A DNA stretch of 64,000 nucleotides from Fimbriimonadales bacterium (GTDB lineage: Bacteria > Armatimonadota > Fimbriimonadia > Fimbriimonadales > ATM1). Each line of letters begins with the position of its first letter. Position 1 is the stretch's first letter. This document shows positions 1 through 10,151 of the stretch, in pieces. The stretch covers positions 1 to 64,000 of the forward strand of contig JBPCLO010000011.1 in the NCBI GenBank assembly GCA_051003155.1. Direction: 5' to 3'. The notes beneath the pieces were generated by a model. It worked only from the letters and a program-made list of their open reading frames with translations, was not told the DNA's origin and did not search any database. Made by a program: the position numbers and the translations under genes.

Positions 1-171
1 CGTGGGGGCCGCCGCCAAGGCAAGCGCCTCCTGACCCAGGATTGCGCTCGTGGGAGTGGCGACGTAGCCAATTTGGCTCGTCGCCGCAGTAACGATAAGG
101 GTTGTCAGTATTGGATTGGTGTTTTGACGTTTTGACGGGCGGTTCCGTGTCGATTGAGGTAAACCTTCGCG

Positions 172-1641
172 ATGCAGTTTGTCGGCTGGATGTACGATAT
201 CGGTCGCGAGCAATCGCCCCGAGAGGATGCTTTACGGGTGATGCTCGAACGCTCCTTGATGGCAGGCTATAACGCCGTCGGATTCTACCTGGAGCACCGT
301 TACGCGTACCCTTCGGCTCCGTGGGCTGCCGACGAAGGATGCCTCACACCGGAACTGGTTCGGAAGCTGAGCGCGGAGTTTCGGCCGCGAGGTCTGCGCG
401 TGATTCCATTCCTCAATGTTCTCGGGCATATGGAAGGGTTCATCCGATCGGAAGGCGGGCAGTGGCTGGGCGAAGGGCCGAGCACGGGTTCCGCTCAAAT
501 GTGCCCCTCTCGGCAGGAGTGCATCGATTTCGGGCGCAAGCTGATCACGGATGCGTTGGACGCATTTGAAGACGAATGGATGCATTTAGGCGGCGACGAA
601 ACGAACCAACTCGGCCAGTGCGAGATTTGCGCAGACCGCGCTACAAAGATCGGCAAAGCTGGAATCTACGCCAGCTACTTCGCGCCGCTGTGTGAATGGG
701 TGGTTTCCTTGGGGAAGCGCCCGTGCCTTTGGGGGGACATGCTGATCGAGCACCCGGACGTGCTGGTGCGCTTGCCCAAAGAAACGATAATGTTCGACTG
801 GCACTACGGGGAAAGGCCGTACGACTCCACCAAGATGTTTCGCGACGCTGGCTTCGACGTCGTCTGCTGCCCGGCGGTGCGTTCGTACGACTCGTTCTTC
901 TGCCACCTAAACGAAACCCGCGAAAACATCGACCAGCACGCCGAGGACGCCGAGAAGTTGCGCGTGCTGGGTGTTCTGGTCACGACTTGGGAGTTTTCGT
1001 ACTTCACCAACTACGCCTCTACCCTGCCGATCATTTACTCGGCTGGGCGGCGGCTGGCTTTGGGCGAGAATTGGCACACAGCGCTGGCCGCAGAGGGGGG
1101 AGAAGCATACGCCGAGATGGCGACTGCAATGGGAATCGAAGCGGAGGACGAGTCGCCGTTTCTCGCCTGGCCGGGCTGGAGGCGGCTGCGGCAGTCGTTC
1201 GTGCTGAGCCAGAACCCGTTTTTCCTTTGGAAGGAGTGGCGAGATGAAGTGTGCGGAGAGGTCGGCGACAAGTTGCTCGCGATCTGTGCCCGGTTTGCCG
1301 GTGAGTATCCCGCTGATTTTTTGCGCATATCGATCGATTGGGTTCGCGGCGCGGAACGGGCTTATAAAGCTTACGCGCTCCGCGAAACGGAGGAGGCGTG
1401 CGCGCGGTTGCGCCGCCTCGCTCCGCTCTTCGACGACCTCCACCGATGGATGGCCCACTTTGCTGCGCTCGGAGGATCGCAAGCCGATGTGGGAAGGGTC
1501 GCGTTGTTGCGACGGCGATTACACGACGCCATCGTCGCGATCGATAAGTTGGACAACGGATATCTGCCCGCCTTCGAGACGATCACCCACCCTGCCTATG
1601 TCCCGGGTGACCAAGCGGCGTGGCGTACGGGGCAGTACTAG
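172..1641 (+). CDS. Glycoside hydrolase family 20-like (hexosaminidase-type) protein
   Basis: HLGGDE catalytic motif, plus LWGDM and DWHY segments typical of GH20 barrels. Confidence 0.75.
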   Translation: MQFVGWMYDIGREQSPREDALRVMLERSLMAGYNAVGFYLEHRYAYPSAPWAADEGCLTPELVRKLSAEFRPRGLRVIPFLNVLGHMEGFIRSEGGQWLGEGPSTGSAQMCPSRQECIDFGRKLITDALDAFEDEWMHLGGDETNQLGQCEICADRATKIGKAGIYASYFAPLCEWVVSLGKRPCLWGDMLIEHPDVLVRLPKETIMFDWHYGERPYDSTKMFRDAGFDVVCCPAVRSYDSFFCHLNETRENIDQHAEDAEKLRVLGVLVTTWEFSYFTNYASTLPIIYSAGRRLALGENWHTALAAEGGEAYAEMATAMGIEAEDESPFLAWPGWRRLRQSFVLSQNPFFLWKEWRDEVCGEVGDKLLAICARFAGEYPADFLRISIDWVRGAERAYKAYALRETEEACARLRRLAPLFDDLHRWMAHFAALGGSQADVGRVALLRRRLHDAIVAIDKLDNGYLPAFETITHPAYVPGDQAAWRTGQY

Positions 1642-4208
1642 TTCGCAACAATATTGACAAGCTTGCCGGGCACGACGATGACTTTGCGAACCGATTGGCC
1701 GTCGGTGAACTGCTTTACCTTTTCGTTGGTAAGGGCGAGTCGTTCGAGTTCGTCCTTCCCGATGCCGCTTGGCACCGACAGAGTCGCGCGAAGCTTGCCG
1801 TTAACCTGGACGGCGATCGTTAGCTCGTCTTTGACCAGGAGCGACGGGTCAGCCTTCGGCCAGGGTTGGCTCGCCGTAATACCTTCCAGGCCCATGTGGC
1901 TCCAGAGCTCGTCCGCGCTGTGCGGCGCCATGGGAGCGAGGAGCAGCAGCAAGGTTTCGACGGCTTCCGACAAGGCGGCGGGTGAAGCGCTGCCACCTTT
2001 GATGGCACCGGTAATCGAGTTGGAGAACTCCATGAGGGCAGCAACCGCGGTGTTGAACGCGAAGGCGTCGATATCTTCGGTGACCTTTGCGATGGCGATG
2101 TGGGTGGCGTAGCGTAGGTCTCGATCCGCGTTCGGAGCTGCCTTTTGCCTCCAATCCTTGTCGAAATCAGCTTTTGTCTCCGAAACGAGTTTGAACACGC
2201 GGTTGAGGAAGCGGATGGCGCCCTGGACGCGATCTTCGGTCCACTGGATGGTTTGCTCGAACGGCGCTTCGAAGAGTTCGTAAAGGCGCAACGCGTCGGC
2301 GCCGTACTTCTCGGCGGCCTCCTCGGGAGTGACGACGTTCCCCTTTGACTTGCTCATTTTCTCCCATCGCCAGAAGATTTGGTCTTCCGCCATGGCTGCC
2401 GCCTCCGGGTAGGTCAGCATGATGCCCGGCTCGCCGATCTTGAGGGTCTCGCTGCCGCGAGGGGCGCGGTACGGGGTGGGCGCGAGCAGCATGCCCTGGT
2501 TTTTCAGGGCGGCGAACGGCTCTTTGAACTTCAGGATTCCGTCGTCGAACATCACTTTCGTCCAGAACCGTGCATAAAGGAGGTGCATGACGGCGTGCTC
2601 GGCGCCCCCGACATAGCAGTCGATCGGCATCCAATAGTTGACCTTGTCGGGGGAGAAGGCCTCATCGGAGTTGTGCGGATCGCAAAACCGCAGAAAGTAC
2701 CAGGACGAACACGCGAATCCGCCCATGGTGTCGGTCTCCCGCTTGGCGAAGCCCCCGCATTCCGGGCAGTCCACGTTTACGAACTCAGGAATGCCCGCGA
2801 GGGGTGATTCGCCGGTTTCGGACGGCTCGTAGCTTTCGACATCGGGAAGGAGGACCGGCAGCTGGTGCAGCGGCACTTCCACTGCCCCGCAGGTCGCGCA
2901 ATGAATCATCGGGATCGGCGCACCCCAATAGCGCTGGCGACTTATGAGCCAGTCGCGAAGGCGATAGTTGACTTTGCGTGCTCCGATCCCCCGAGACTCG
3001 ACCCACTCTCCCATCCTCAGTTGGGCTTCGGCGCATGGCAGATCGGAAAACGCGCCGGATTCTATCAGTATGCCGTCTTCGGAAACGAAAGCGAGTTCCA
3101 CCGCGGAGCGATCCCGCGGGGCGATCACCTGCTTGATCGGAAGGGCGAACTTCAGTGCGAAAGCGTGGTCTCGCTCGTCGTGCGCGGGCACGGCCATGAT
3201 TGCGCCTGTTCCATAGGTCATCAGAACGTAATCGGCGATCCATATCTGAGCGTTCTCGCCCGTGAAAGGGTTGACCGCGTGTGTACCGGTGAACACCCCA
3301 GTCTTTTCGCGGGTCGTCGCGAGCCTGTCCTGTTCGGAAAGCCGTCCGGCAGCTTCGACGTAGGCTTCTACCTCCGCGTTGTGTTCGGCATCTGTAATCC
3401 GCGAGACCAAGGGGTGCTCGGGGGACAGCACGCAGAAGGTGGCTCCGAAAACCGTGTCGATGCGCGTCGTAAAAACCCTGAACGAGTCCTCCCGGCCCGC
3501 GACCTTCCATTCGAACTCGACGCCTTCGGACCGCCCGATCCAGTTGCGCTGCTGCAGCTTGATTCCTTCGGGCCAGTCTAGCCCTTCGAGGTCGTCGATG
3601 AGGCGCTGCGCGTAGTCCGTGATTTTGAAGAACCACTGCTTCAGCATCTTCTTCACCACCGCAGTGCCACAACGCCAGCAGAGCCCGCCCTCGACCTCTT
3701 CGTTGGCGAGAACCGTGCGGTCCTTCGGGCACCAGTTCGCGGGATACTCGTCCTGATAGGCGAGGCCCCGGCGGTGAAGCAGCAGAAATATCCACTGCGT
3801 CCACTTGTAGTACTCGGGGTCGGAACTGTTGATCTCGCGCGACCAATCGTATGAGATTCCCATGAGGTCGAGTTGGCGTTTGTACGTCGCGGCGTAGTCG
3901 CGCACCATCTCACGGGGATTGCGCTTGGTCTTGATCGCCTCCATTTCGGCGGGAAGCCCAAAGGCGTCCCACCCCATGGCGTGGAGCACGTTGAACCCTT
4001 GCATTGCCTTGGCTCGGCAGATCACGTCGGTGGGGATGTAGTTGCGAAGATGGCCGACGCTGAGCCCCGCCCCGCTGGGGTACGGGAAGTAAGGCAGGCC
4101 GTAGAACTTCAGGCGGCTCGCTTCTTCACGCGTGCGAAAGAGGTCGGCTTCGGCCCAACGCTTCCGCCATTTAGGCTCAATCTCGGTGGGTTGGTAACGC
4201 AGGGACAT
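1638..4208 (-). CDS. leuS: Leucine--tRNA ligase
   Basis: FPYPSG-GLSVGH, GWDAFGLPAE, FTTRIDT, ISRQRYWG, KMSKS and C-terminal VPGKLVNIV. Confidence 0.98.
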   Translation of the reverse strand: MSLRYQPTEIEPKWRKRWAEADLFRTREEASRLKFYGLPYFPYPSGAGLSVGHLRNYIPTDVICRAKAMQGFNVLHAMGWDAFGLPAEMEAIKTKRNPREMVRDYAATYKRQLDLMGISYDWSREINSSDPEYYKWTQWIFLLLHRRGLAYQDEYPANWCPKDRTVLANEEVEGGLCWRCGTAVVKKMLKQWFFKITDYAQRLIDDLEGLDWPEGIKLQQRNWIGRSEGVEFEWKVAGREDSFRVFTTRIDTVFGATFCVLSPEHPLVSRITDAEHNAEVEAYVEAAGRLSEQDRLATTREKTGVFTGTHAVNPFTGENAQIWIADYVLMTYGTGAIMAVPAHDERDHAFALKFALPIKQVIAPRDRSAVELAFVSEDGILIESGAFSDLPCAEAQLRMGEWVESRGIGARKVNYRLRDWLISRQRYWGAPIPMIHCATCGAVEVPLHQLPVLLPDVESYEPSETGESPLAGIPEFVNVDCPECGGFAKRETDTMGGFACSSWYFLRFCDPHNSDEAFSPDKVNYWMPIDCYVGGAEHAVMHLLYARFWTKVMFDDGILKFKEPFAALKNQGMLLAPTPYRAPRGSETLKIGEPGIMLTYPEAAAMAEDQIFWRWEKMSKSKGNVVTPEEAAEKYGADALRLYELFEAPFEQTIQWTEDRVQGAIRFLNRVFKLVSETKADFDKDWRQKAAPNADRDLRYATHIAIAKVTEDIDAFAFNTAVAALMEFSNSITGAIKGGSASPAALSEAVETLLLLLAPMAPHSADELWSHMGLEGITASQPWPKADPSLLVKDELTIAVQVNGKLRATLSVPSGIGKDELERLALTNEKVKQFTDGQSVRKVIVVPGKLVNIVAN

Positions 4209-4235
4209 GAATCAGCCGATTATCCCCGACTTCCC

Positions 4236-4337
4236 GTAGCGCCGGCATCCTGCAGGCATCCGGAAAAGTTCTTCAGTAGATCCGGCGAACGTATCCCCAA
4301 TCTTCCCGTTGGCGTGCCGGCAAGATGCCGTCGCTAC
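4236..4337. repeat. REPIN-like element: two inverted GTAG-type REP-like units
   Basis: GTAGCGCCGGCATCCTGCAGGCA (4236-4258) and the reverse complement of 4315-4337 (GTAGCGACGGCATCTTGCCGGCA) match 20/23; each has an internal imperfect palindrome. Confidence 0.75.
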
Positions 4338-4363
4338 AAGCCGGCGCTATAGGCGGGCCGCAC

Positions 4364-5236
4364 CTAAGAAGAGAGTTTCTCGATCACCTCGAACAGGGCG
4401 GGGGTGGCATCGCCGCCCCGGCCAGAGTTTTCGAGCGCGGCGAAGAGCTGATGGGTGAGGGCAGTGCCCGGGAGGCTGACGCCAATCTCGCGAGCGGCTT
4501 CGAGGGCATATGCGAGGTCCTTTTGCTGGAGTTCGACGGCGAATCCGGGGGACCAGTCACGAGTGAGCACTTTAGGGCCGTAGTTCGTCATCGACCAGCT
4601 GCCTCCTGCGCCCGAGCCGATGAGTTCGATGGCATCGGCCAGGTCGAGGCCGGCCTTTTGGGCGAACACGAGGCACTCGCTCATGCCGAGAACGCACAGC
4701 GCGACGCCGATCTGATTAGCCATTTTCATCATCTGTCCGCTGCCCACCTCGCCAACCAGCCGGACATTCTTCCCGTAGGCTCCCAGGACCGGCTCCGCGC
4801 GGTCGAAGCTGTCTTGCGGTCCGCCGCAGAAGATCGTCAGCTCACCTCTGATTGCTCCCTGCTCACCCCCGGTCAGCGGGGCATCCATGAATGCTAGCCC
4901 CGCCTCGTCGAGCGACTTTCCTATCGAGCGAGCCGTTGCGGGCTCGATGGTGGAATGATCGACAAAGAGCGTTCCGCGCGCCGCCGCGGGAGCCATCCTC
5001 AGCACGATCTCCTCGACGTCCTCGCTGCGCGAAACGCATGTGCAGATGAGCGAGCAGCGCGTAGCGAGGTCCTCGGGCGACTTTGCGACCTCCGCCCCCC
5101 GGCCGCGCAACGGTTCCGCCTTCGCGGGCGTGCGGTTCCACACGACGACTTCGTGGCCCGCATCGATAAGATGGCCGGCCATGGGCGCACCCATCACGCC
5201 CAGGCCAACGAAGCCTAAGGTCTCAGACGGGGGCAA
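4364..5236 (-). CDS. NAD(P)-dependent beta-hydroxyacid dehydrogenase (GarR/MmsB family)
   Basis: GFVGLGVMGAPMA, DAPLTGG, GSGQMMKMANQ, KDL motifs. Confidence 0.92.
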   Translation of the reverse strand: MPPSETLGFVGLGVMGAPMAGHLIDAGHEVVVWNRTPAKAEPLRGRGAEVAKSPEDLATRCSLICTCVSRSEDVEEIVLRMAPAAARGTLFVDHSTIEPATARSIGKSLDEAGLAFMDAPLTGGEQGAIRGELTIFCGGPQDSFDRAEPVLGAYGKNVRLVGEVGSGQMMKMANQIGVALCVLGMSECLVFAQKAGLDLADAIELIGSGAGGSWSMTNYGPKVLTRDWSPGFAVELQQKDLAYALEAAREIGVSLPGTALTHQLFAALENSGRGGDATPALFEVIEKLSS

Positions 5237-5609
5237 TCGCGATACCGTCGATTTCCACGAGCGCGTCCTTCGGCAGCTTGGCCACCTGCATCGTTGCGCG
5301 CGCAGGAGGCTCGGAGCCTACCATCTCCGAATAGATGTCGTTGACCACGGCGAAGTCGGCCATATCCTTCAAATAGATGGTCGTCTTCACCAAGTCTCCC
5401 GGATCGAGGCCCGCGGCATCGAGCAAGCACCGCATGTTCATGATCACCTGGCGAGTTTGCGCCTCGATGGTGTCGCCTGCCATGCTGCCGTCCGGCATCA
5501 TGCCGATTTGGCCACTCAGGAATAAGAACTTCCCCTGCGCGAAGATAGCTTGGCTGTACGGCCCGATGGCTGCCGGCGCGCGACTTGTGCTGATAACGTG
5601 TCTTTCCAT
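5223..5609 (-). CDS. ridA: RidA/YjgF family enamine deaminase
   Basis: APAAIGPYSQA, SGQIG, PAR, LPKDALVEID; ATG at 5609 preceded by AGGGAGA. Confidence 0.92.
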   Translation of the reverse strand: MERHVISTSRAPAAIGPYSQAIFAQGKFLFLSGQIGMMPDGSMAGDTIEAQTRQVIMNMRCLLDAAGLDPGDLVKTTIYLKDMADFAVVNDIYSEMVGSEPPARATMQVAKLPKDALVEIDGIAIAPV

Positions 5610-5841
5610 CACTTCTCCCTTGAAACAGATTGTACACGCGAATACGCGCAATCGTTGTGCGAGAGTTTGCGCCTAAGGCTTAGAATCTGCGAAAGCTCGA
5701 CCGGCCGGCGATGTCGGCACTGACTGGGTCGGAGCGAGCGTAAAACGCGCCGCCCAGACACGGTAATTGCCCACGCCGCCGACTCCCGTCTTCAGCCTGC
5801 AGTCTGCGGGCTTCAGTTTAATTGTGTCAAGTTATCATCCG

Positions 5842-6438
5842 ATGACTCCCTCCGACGAGCAGGCCATCCGCGCGGCGCAGCACAGCTTCATCCTCGAATG
5901 GGGGCGGATGAGTGGCAACTGGGGAATCAATCCTGCGATGGCGCAAATTCATGCGCTGCTGTTCATCACCGGCGAGCCGATGTCGATGGATGATATTATC
6001 GACCGCCTGCAGATCTCGAGGAGCAGCGCCTCGATGAACCTGCGCGATCTTATGGATTGGGGCGTGGTGCGCAAGTTTCGCAACCCCGGCGACCGGAAGG
6101 ACACCTATGTCGCGGACACGGACGCGGTGACAATGGTTGCGCGCGTCGTCCGCGAGAGGAAGCGGCGCGAGATCGATCCGACCGTCGAGGCGCTTCAGGC
6201 TTGCATGCAATCCGCGCCTACCGACACCCCGGAAGCGAAGCAGTTCAGGAGCCGCCTGTCCGAACTGCTCGAGGTCTTCGAGGTCGTCGATTATGCGTTC
6301 GACTTCGCGATGGCCAACGAAGACCGGATCAAGTTCATCGTCGAGAATCGCGCGCGTTTCAAGGAGCTTCTGGACGGACTCGCGCCTTTGCTGCCGAAGG
6401 ACCAGTCGAAGGGACCAAATGATGAAAATACCGCGTAA
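5842..6438 (+). CDS. GbsR/MarR family transcriptional regulator
   Basis: WGRMSGNWGINPAMAQIHALL, SRSSASMNLRDLMDWG, RKRREIDP; start chosen at ATG 5842. Confidence 0.85.
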   Translation: MTPSDEQAIRAAQHSFILEWGRMSGNWGINPAMAQIHALLFITGEPMSMDDIIDRLQISRSSASMNLRDLMDWGVVRKFRNPGDRKDTYVADTDAVTMVARVVRERKRREIDPTVEALQACMQSAPTDTPEAKQFRSRLSELLEVFEVVDYAFDFAMANEDRIKFIVENRARFKELLDGLAPLLPKDQSKGPNDENTA

Positions 6439-6455
6439 GGAGCCGTAGAAGAGTC

Positions 6456-6773
6456 GTGTGTCGCATCAACACGCCGAACGCAGCCACATACTTTATGTTT
6501 TCGCTCGCGAGCCTCTCGCTCGCCGGGCTTTTTCTCCGGTTTATACCACTGGCGTTCGTATTCGGCTTCGGGTGCATCGCGTTCGCTACAGAAGGGATAC
6601 GTGCGCTCCGCAGGGACCGATACAGCCTCGCAGAATTGCGGCGGGTTCATGAAGGCGCGGAGCGGGAGGACTTCGAAGACGGCGTCTTCTGCCCACAATG
6701 CGCAGAGATGTATTCGTCCCGGTATCTAACCTGCCCGAACTGCCATCGGCCTGCTAGCCACCCCGATCGCTGA
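6456..6773 (+). CDS. Small membrane protein with C-terminal zinc ribbon
   Basis: Two hydrophobic segments followed by CPQC...CPNC. Confidence 0.6.
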   Translation: MCRINTPNAATYFMFSLASLSLAGLFLRFIPLAFVFGFGCIAFATEGIRALRRDRYSLAELRRVHEGAEREDFEDGVFCPQCAEMYSSRYLTCPNCHRPASHPDR

Positions 6774-7338
6774 GGAGCGTCATAGAAGAAACGAGCTTTC
6801 CGTCGTTTCGTTGCTCCTGCTGGAGAATTCCTAGGCCCTGCTCGAACCATGTCACCAGTTCGATATCTATTCGATTGAGCGGCATGGTCAGCGTAACTTG
6901 CAGAGTTTTGCGCTTCGTGCCGTTTATCTCCATCTCACGAGGTTCCTGATTGAGGGTTGCTTTGACCTTGGTGGCCACGTTTCGGAATATACACTCACCG
7001 GAATGGGTCCACTCCGATTCGCGCTCCTTCGGCTTGAGCAATGTAATCGGCGGTTCGAATTTCATGGACGATAACTGAGCGACCCGCAACTCACCGCCGA
7101 CCCAGACCATCTTGCTGTTGCCACCTTCGCTGGTCAGGAGCCGCCCGTAGTCCGTGCCCACTCGGATCGGGCCGTCCGTGGCGACGGTCATAACCTGCCC
7201 GGCTTGGCGAACGAGATATTTCCATTGCCTGCCTTTGCTCAAAGGCATCCAGTCCTCGGGGCCGGCGCATCCGCCGATGGCAAGCGACCCGACGGCAACG
7301 GCCGCCAGGAAAAGGCTGTTTGGTGCCCGCCTCGGCAA
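6754..7338 (-). CDS. Hypothetical lipoprotein
   Basis: Signal peptide ending IGGC; beta-rich body with WFEQGLG motif. Confidence 0.65.
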   Translation of the reverse strand: MPRRAPNSLFLAAVAVGSLAIGGCAGPEDWMPLSKGRQWKYLVRQAGQVMTVATDGPIRVGTDYGRLLTSEGGNSKMVWVGGELRVAQLSSMKFEPPITLLKPKERESEWTHSGECIFRNVATKVKATLNQEPREMEINGTKRKTLQVTLTMPLNRIDIELVTWFEQGLGILQQEQRNDGKLVSSMTLLSDRGG

Positions 7339-7343
7339 GTCGG

Positions 7344-7892
7344 CTACTCGGCCGGCGTATCGGCGGCTGGCGCCGGCGCCTCGGATCGTGGAGCAGGGGC
7401 CTGTTGCTCGCGGTTTTCTGGACGCTGATAGCCTCCTCCTCCTCCTCTGTAGCCGCCGCGTCTCTCGAAGCCGCCCCTGCCACGGTCTCCGATGCTGCTG
7501 TCGAGGGCAACGAAGGGCATGAGCGCCATTTCGCGGGCTCGCTTGATCGCCGTGGCGATCATTCGCTGTTCCTTGGCGGTCGCACCGGTTTGTCGAGGCG
7601 AAACGATCTTGCCCTGCTCGTTCACGAATCGGCGGAGCAGGCCGATGTCCTTGTAATCGAGGGTCGAAATCTTGTTGAGCGTGAGGTAGCTGACTTTACG
7701 GCGTCTTCGGCCTCTGCCGCGCGCGTCTTTACCGCCGCCCACGGAGAAATTCTTGCGAAAGCCTTGGCCCTCGTCATCCTCTTTGCGTACCCTATTCGGC
7801 CCGCCAGTTCTATCTTGGCCAGCCGTCCGCTCGGGTCGTGCTGCTGCGGGAGTGTCCGCAGCCTGCGCCGGAGTGGTCTGTTCTTGATCCAT
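7344..7892 (-). CDS. rpsR: 30S ribosomal protein bS18 with long N- and C-terminal extensions
   Basis: [22 protein letters not shown]...[18 protein letters not shown] core. Confidence 0.95.
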   Translation of the reverse strand: MDQEQTTPAQAADTPAAARPERTAGQDRTGGPNRVRKEDDEGQGFRKNFSVGGGKDARGRGRRRRKVSYLTLNKISTLDYKDIGLLRRFVNEQGKIVSPRQTGATAKEQRMIATAIKRAREMALMPFVALDSSIGDRGRGGFERRGGYRGGGGGYQRPENREQQAPAPRSEAPAPAADTPAE

Positions 7893-7957
7893 AGTTTTAT
7901 TGTCTGCCGAAGCAGGCGCAGATTATGGCAGATTTGAGCGCGCCATAATAGGAGGCC

Positions 7958-8107
7958 GTGTCCAAACCTCCGCCTGAAACGCGCCGCCGGTCAAGATTGT
8001 GGGCATGGTTCTTCTTCCTCCTCGCACTCGCGTCCGCGTACGTGTTTTTCGTCCTGCCCCACCAAATGGACGGGCGGCCGATGCGGGTGGAGTTTAGCGG
8101 CCGATGA
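7958..8107 (+). CDS. 49-aa single-TM protein (not in ORF track)
   Basis: AGGAGG then [56 protein letters not shown] overlap with the next gene. Confidence 0.65.
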   Translation: MSKPPPETRRRSRLWAWFFFLLALASAYVFFVLPHQMDGRPMRVEFSGR

Positions 8108-9132
8108 AGGTCGGATTGATCGGCTACGCGGGTTCGGGCAAGACCACGCTCCTCGACGCCGTTTCCGGCGGCAACCGTAAGGGAGACTTGATGGCCATTC
8201 CTGTACCCGACGCGCGGTTCGAGCGCATTTGCGAAGTGATCGCGCCGAAGAAGCGGTTGCCCGCAACAGTGGAAATTCAAGATAACGCCGCTACGCTAAG
8301 GGAAGCCGGATCGCAATCCGGATTCGCCGAAGCGGCTCGCCGAATGGATGCCCTTCTTCACGTGGTCCGCGAATTCGACTCGCCCACGGCGCCGTTCCAT
8401 GCGGAGCCGAACCCCTCCCGCGACCATTCTGCCCTTGTCACAGAGCTGTTATTAGCCGATCTCGGAATTGCGGAAAATCGAATTGCTCGACTGGCGAAAT
8501 CGCCGGTGGCACGCCAATCGGGCAGCCCCGAATACATGGAAAAGCAGGTCCTAGAGAAAATCCAGCCTGGTTTGGAGAATGGAACTCCAATCCGGCGCAT
8601 GGATCTGTCAGACAGCGAGCTGAATCTGCTTTCGAGTTACCAAATGCTAACGGCGAAGCCTATGCTCGTGGCGGTGAATTGCTCGGAATCGGATATTAAT
8701 TCACCGTCGGAAATCGACGCGAAAGCGGAGGACCCTACGTTTCGCATTTGCGCAGAAGTAGAGAAAGAGATTGCCGCTCTCCCTGCCGAAGAGCGCCAAG
8801 AGTTTTTGCAGGACCTCGGCATCGAAACTCCGGCCTCGGAAAATATGGTTCGGACGGTTTACCACGCGCTCGGACTCGTGACCTTCTTTACCGCTGGTGA
8901 GAACATCACACAGGCCTGGCCACTGCGAAATGGTTCCAATGCCCTCAAGGCAGCCGATACAATTCATTCGGATATCGCCAAAGGATTCATTCGGGCAGAA
9001 ATCACCCATTACGCCGATTTCGACCGCCTCGGTGACCTGAAGGCGTGCTACACCCAGAACCTAATGAAGCTCGAAGGCAAGGAATATGTTGTGCAAGACG
9101 GCGACATAATCAATATTCGGACTTCACGCTAA
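8104..9132 (+). CDS. YchF-like ATPase (divergent paralog, DUF933 C-terminus)
   Basis: P-loop [42 protein letters not shown]. Confidence 0.88.
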   Translation: MKVGLIGYAGSGKTTLLDAVSGGNRKGDLMAIPVPDARFERICEVIAPKKRLPATVEIQDNAATLREAGSQSGFAEAARRMDALLHVVREFDSPTAPFHAEPNPSRDHSALVTELLLADLGIAENRIARLAKSPVARQSGSPEYMEKQVLEKIQPGLENGTPIRRMDLSDSELNLLSSYQMLTAKPMLVAVNCSESDINSPSEIDAKAEDPTFRICAEVEKEIAALPAEERQEFLQDLGIETPASENMVRTVYHALGLVTFFTAGENITQAWPLRNGSNALKAADTIHSDIAKGFIRAEITHYADFDRLGDLKACYTQNLMKLEGKEYVVQDGDIINIRTSR

Positions 9133-10151
9133 AAAAGGTTTTTTTGAGGGCCGCCCTCTTTGCCAAGGAATTTGTAGGCGGCTTCAGTCGCCATTCGCCC
9201 GCGTGGGGTCCGCTGCAAAAATCCTTGCTGGATAAGAAACGGCTCGTAAACCTCTTCGATCGTCCCAGAATCTTCGGAAATTGTTGCGGACAATGTTTCG
9301 ACGCCGACCGGGCCGCCGCCGAACTTCTCGATAATCGCCGATAAAATCGAGCGGTCGATTCGATCGAGGCCGAGAACATCGATTTCCAATCGGTCGAGCG
9401 CGAAGCGTGCCACCTCTTCGTCGATAATCTCCTTGCTCAAGTGCTGCGCAAAATCACGCGTCCGTCTCAGCAGCCGATTGGCAACCCTCGGAGTCCCCCG
9501 GCTCCGCAATGCGACTTCAGCTGCCCCTTCGTCCGTCATCGTGTATCCGAAAATTCGAGCGGAGCGTTTAATAATCGTCTCCAAGGCGTCTTTCTCGTAA
9601 TACTCGAAATTGTGGACAATTCCAAATCGATCCCTGAGGGGCCCCGTAAGCAATCCCGCTCGCGTTGTCGCCCCGACGATCGTGAACCTGGGAAGCGCCA
9701 GGCGAATACTATGTGCACCAGGTCCTTTGCCTATCACGATATCGAGTTGAAAATCCTCCATTGCTGGGTAGAGGATTTCCTCGACCGGTCTCGAAAGCCG
9801 ATGAATTTCGTCGATAAACAAAACCGAGCCTTCTTCGATATTTGTCAGGATAGCCGCCAAATCACCTTGCTTTTCGATGGCCGGACCGCTGGTAATTCGG
9901 ATCGTCGCATCCATTTCATTGGCGATGATAAATCCGAGCGTGGTTTTCCCTAGACCGGGAGGTCCTTTCAGAAGGACGTGATCCAATGGCTCGCTTCTCG
10001 CTTTGGCGGCCGCAATAAATACCGAAAGATTTACCTTGATCGTATTCTGGCCGACAAATTCATCAAGGCGCTTTGGCCGGATCGTCGGTTCTAAATCTGC
10101 TTCCTCGAGCAACTGCTTTCCGTCGACCAGCCTTTCTGAGAATTCTTCCAT
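9129..10151 (-). CDS. ruvB: Holliday junction branch migration helicase RuvB
   Basis: [34 protein letters not shown]. Confidence 0.98.
   Translation of the reverse strand: MEEFSERLVDGKQLLEEADLEPTIRPKRLDEFVGQNTIKVNLSVFIAAAKARSEPLDHVLLKGPPGLGKTTLGFIIANEMDATIRITSGPAIEKQGDLAAILTNIEEGSVLFIDEIHRLSRPVEEILYPAMEDFQLDIVIGKGPGAHSIRLALPRFTIVGATTRAGLLTGPLRDRFGIVHNFEYYEKDALETIIKRSARIFGYTMTDEGAAEVALRSRGTPRVANRLLRRTRDFAQHLSKEIIDEEVARFALDRLEIDVLGLDRIDRSILSAIIEKFGGGPVGVETLSATISEDSGTIEEVYEPFLIQQGFLQRTPRGRMATEAAYKFLGKEGGPQKNLF

Noticed and set aside
5690..5765. GC-rich hairpins resembling a ZTP-type riboswitch
   Set aside because: Conserved core and 3' pseudoknot stem do not match; such pairing is expected by chance at this GC
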